Source: an uncultured Candidatus Saccharibacteria bacterium (lineage in GTDB: Bacteria > Patescibacteriota > Minisyncoccia > Phycocordibacterales > UBA12088). From it: 64,000 nt of DNA. The stretch covers positions 422,831 to 486,830 of the forward strand of contig CAYPKR010000001.1 of NCBI GenBank assembly GCA_964411375.1, written 5' to 3'. The position numbers and the translations under genes are program-made. Shown here piece by piece: positions 63,830 through 64,000 of this stretch (within the stretch, counting starts at the first letter, position 1; every line of letters begins with the position of its first letter). Below the pieces are notes generated by a model, which was not told the DNA's origin, did no database searches, and saw nothing but the letters and a program-made list of their open reading frames with translations.

Positions 63830-64000
63830 TTCATGAACATTGCATTTTTCGGCTCGTCTACTTCAGAGAAGGAATTATTACAGGCAAAATTATCTGCGCA
63901 CTCACTGACATTTATCGATGCGGTGCTTGATTCTGCGAATATTCCCGAAAAAACAGATTTTGAGGTACTTTCAATTTTTGTCGATTCAAAAGTAACCGCT
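63830..64000 (+). CDS. D-isomer-specific 2-hydroxyacid dehydrogenase (N-terminus only; runs off the window).
   Basis: MNIAFFGSSTSEKELLQ...IPEKTDFEVLSIFVDSKVT parallels the N-termini of D-lactate dehydrogenases (MKLAVYSTKQYDKKYL...CIFVND). Confidence 0.4.

Noticed and set aside
1-64000. Searched for CRISPR arrays, rRNA genes and tRNAs.
   Set aside because: There are no regularly spaced direct repeats and no rRNA-like conserved blocks. No tRNA cloverleaf was recognised in the intergenic regions inspected.

Overview
This 64 kb window, on a moderate-GC (~45%) chromosome, reads as a block of cell-envelope, secreted-protein and accessory genes. All calls come from reading the translated ORFs and the DNA directly; no database search was possible.

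Main content, left to right:
1. A dockerin-bearing secreted protein (5' partial) followed by two cohesin-like proteins with C-terminal membrane anchors (1..3393).
2. A SurA-like chaperone gene with a clean terminator (3543..4217).
3. Four tandem TasA/camelysin-like genes carrying SipW-cognate signal peptides, followed by a SipW-type signal peptidase that is itself fused in-frame to a fifth TasA-like domain (5702..12416).
4. A translationally coupled polysaccharide operon on the + strand (12970..22504): GT2, GT4-polysaccharide deacetylase fusion, two double-GT4 proteins and a large polytopic membrane protein.
5. Convergent - strand genes for an ATP-grasp-like protein and a Wzx-type flippase (22485..24689).
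6. A PslG-like clan GH-A hydrolase, an MliC-type lysozyme inhibitor and a kynurenine 3-monooxygenase homolog (24829..28413).
7. A 2.5k-residue SpvB/TcB-TcC/RHS polymorphic toxin with a glycine-zipper C-terminal domain and a membrane immunity gene (29869..38005). A ~490-residue non-RHS module sits inside its repeat region.
8. A ~6.6 kb phage-like integrative element directly downstream (38002..44580): large serine recombinase, GIY-YIG-like protein, LexA/CI-like S24 repressor, DUF2188, ParB-DNA methyltransferase, terminase-small-like HTH protein, and a highly structured ~220 nt candidate ncRNA.
9. An orphan RHS C-terminal remnant at the element's far end (44590..44703).
10. A compositionally distinct GC-rich (~58-60%) island encoding an EmrAB-like efflux unit with two HlyD adaptors, an MFS pump and a MarR regulator (44823..49026).
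11. Housekeeping and accessory genes to the right end: ABC-2 exporter, a bidirectional terminator, DUF5666 protein, SWIB-domain protein, PolB-exonuclease-like protein, msrA, a histidine kinase/receiver pair, a MacAB-like exporter, a YciB-like membrane protein, thermonuclease-Excalibur, a DUF1025-like zincin, TMEM175, zwf, DsbA and the start of a 2-hydroxyacid dehydrogenase.

No CRISPR array, rRNA or convincing tRNA was found.

Most notable: the SipW/TasA-like fibre-type cluster with the peptidase-substrate fusion, and the RHS toxin locus that appears to have been interrupted or captured by a serine-recombinase element.
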